This document shows positions 63,416 to 64,000 of a DNA stretch of 64,000 nt, in pieces (the stretch's first letter is position 1; each line of letters starts with the position of its first letter). Position numbers and translations under genes: made by a program. Below the pieces are notes generated by a model. The model was not told where the DNA came from. It ran no database searches and saw only the letters and a list, made by a program, of their open reading frames with translations. Origin of the DNA: Takakia lepidozioides (lineage: Eukaryota > Plantae > Bryophyta); contig CM060733.1 in the NCBI GenBank assembly GCA_030704615.1, forward strand, positions 47,678,001 to 47,742,000, read 5' to 3'.

Positions 63416-63789
63416 CAGTGTTGGGTGGATATAGAGAGGATATCAATGTATCCGGATGCGGAACACGGCATTTTTTAGGATCCGGGCTAGATGCGTAACC
63501 CGGCGGAAGGAAGAAAAAAGACTTTTTTTCCTCTCCCGCTTTGTTCGCTTCGGCTGTAGATGAAAAAAAACTTCTCTACCTGGTGTAGTACCCGGCGGAT
63601 ATCGGCCAATATCCATCAAATACATGGTGGATCTCAGCCCCAAACTTGATAACCGGATGCGTATTGCATACCCGGATCTGCTGTTTGTCATGTTGGTAAT
63701 ACCCACAACCGGCAGATATCTAAGACCTAAAGTTTTTAATACCCGAAACCGGTGGATATGGAAAAAAGTTAAATATCTGCCCAACTCTC
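63416..63789. mobile_element. Non-autonomous hAT element (MITE)
   Basis: Imperfect TIRs CAGTGTTGGGTGGATAT and ATATCTGCCCAACTCTC. Flanked by an 8-bp TSD, GTATAATC (63408-63415) and GTGTAATC (63790-63797). Internal CCGGAT repeats. Confidence 0.8.
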
Positions 63790-63819
63790 GTGTAATCTTC
63801 TCCCCCTTCTCTTGGGCGG

Positions 63820-64000
63820 TGGCGAGGGTTGGTATCCTATGAGCAAAGCATGAGCATGCTCACGTTATATGTATAGGGTAGGGCCATGAGGGGAGGGTAT
63901 TACGGAAATTGAGGTACACAGCCTAGGGCGGGAGGTTGGTATCCTATGAGTAGAGCAGGAGCATGCTCACGTTATATATATATAGGGTAGGGCCCTGAGG
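63820..64000. repeat. Tandem repeat, ~107-bp unit, running off the window end
   Basis: GGTTGGTATCCTATGAG..GAGCATGCTCACGTTATAT.TATAGGGTAGGGCC occurs at about 63827 and 63934. Confidence 0.85.

Overview
Nuclear DNA of a seed-free land plant (fern or lycophyte-like; inferred from PPR and TE content, not proven). It is intron-rich and TE-rich. Apparently intact genes: a multi-exon SUV39/SUVR-type SET methyltransferase carrying an extended-PHD finger (+, about 4.5-11.5 kb), a 5-LRR receptor kinase (-, 49.3-55.7 kb), an intronless SPT2-like ORF (-, 46.7-47.8 kb), and a small intronless ORF with a fungal-looking motif (-, 17.9-18.3 kb). Decayed genes: three GW2/DA2 RING exons upstream of the SET gene, three PLS-PPR loci (two ending in DYW/DFW domains), and an orphan CYP72-clan exon. 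Mobile DNA: several Ty3/gypsy remnants (one with a dUTPase-like domain, split by a nested insertion), LINE fragments, tRNA-derived SINEs, a CACTA end, a hAT MITE with an 8-bp TSD, and tandem repeats. The most notable signal is a PPR subfamily whose N-terminus carries OSB-type PDF ssDNA-binding motifs, with a DYW deaminase at the C-terminus of one copy. All family assignments come from motif recognition; no database search was run.
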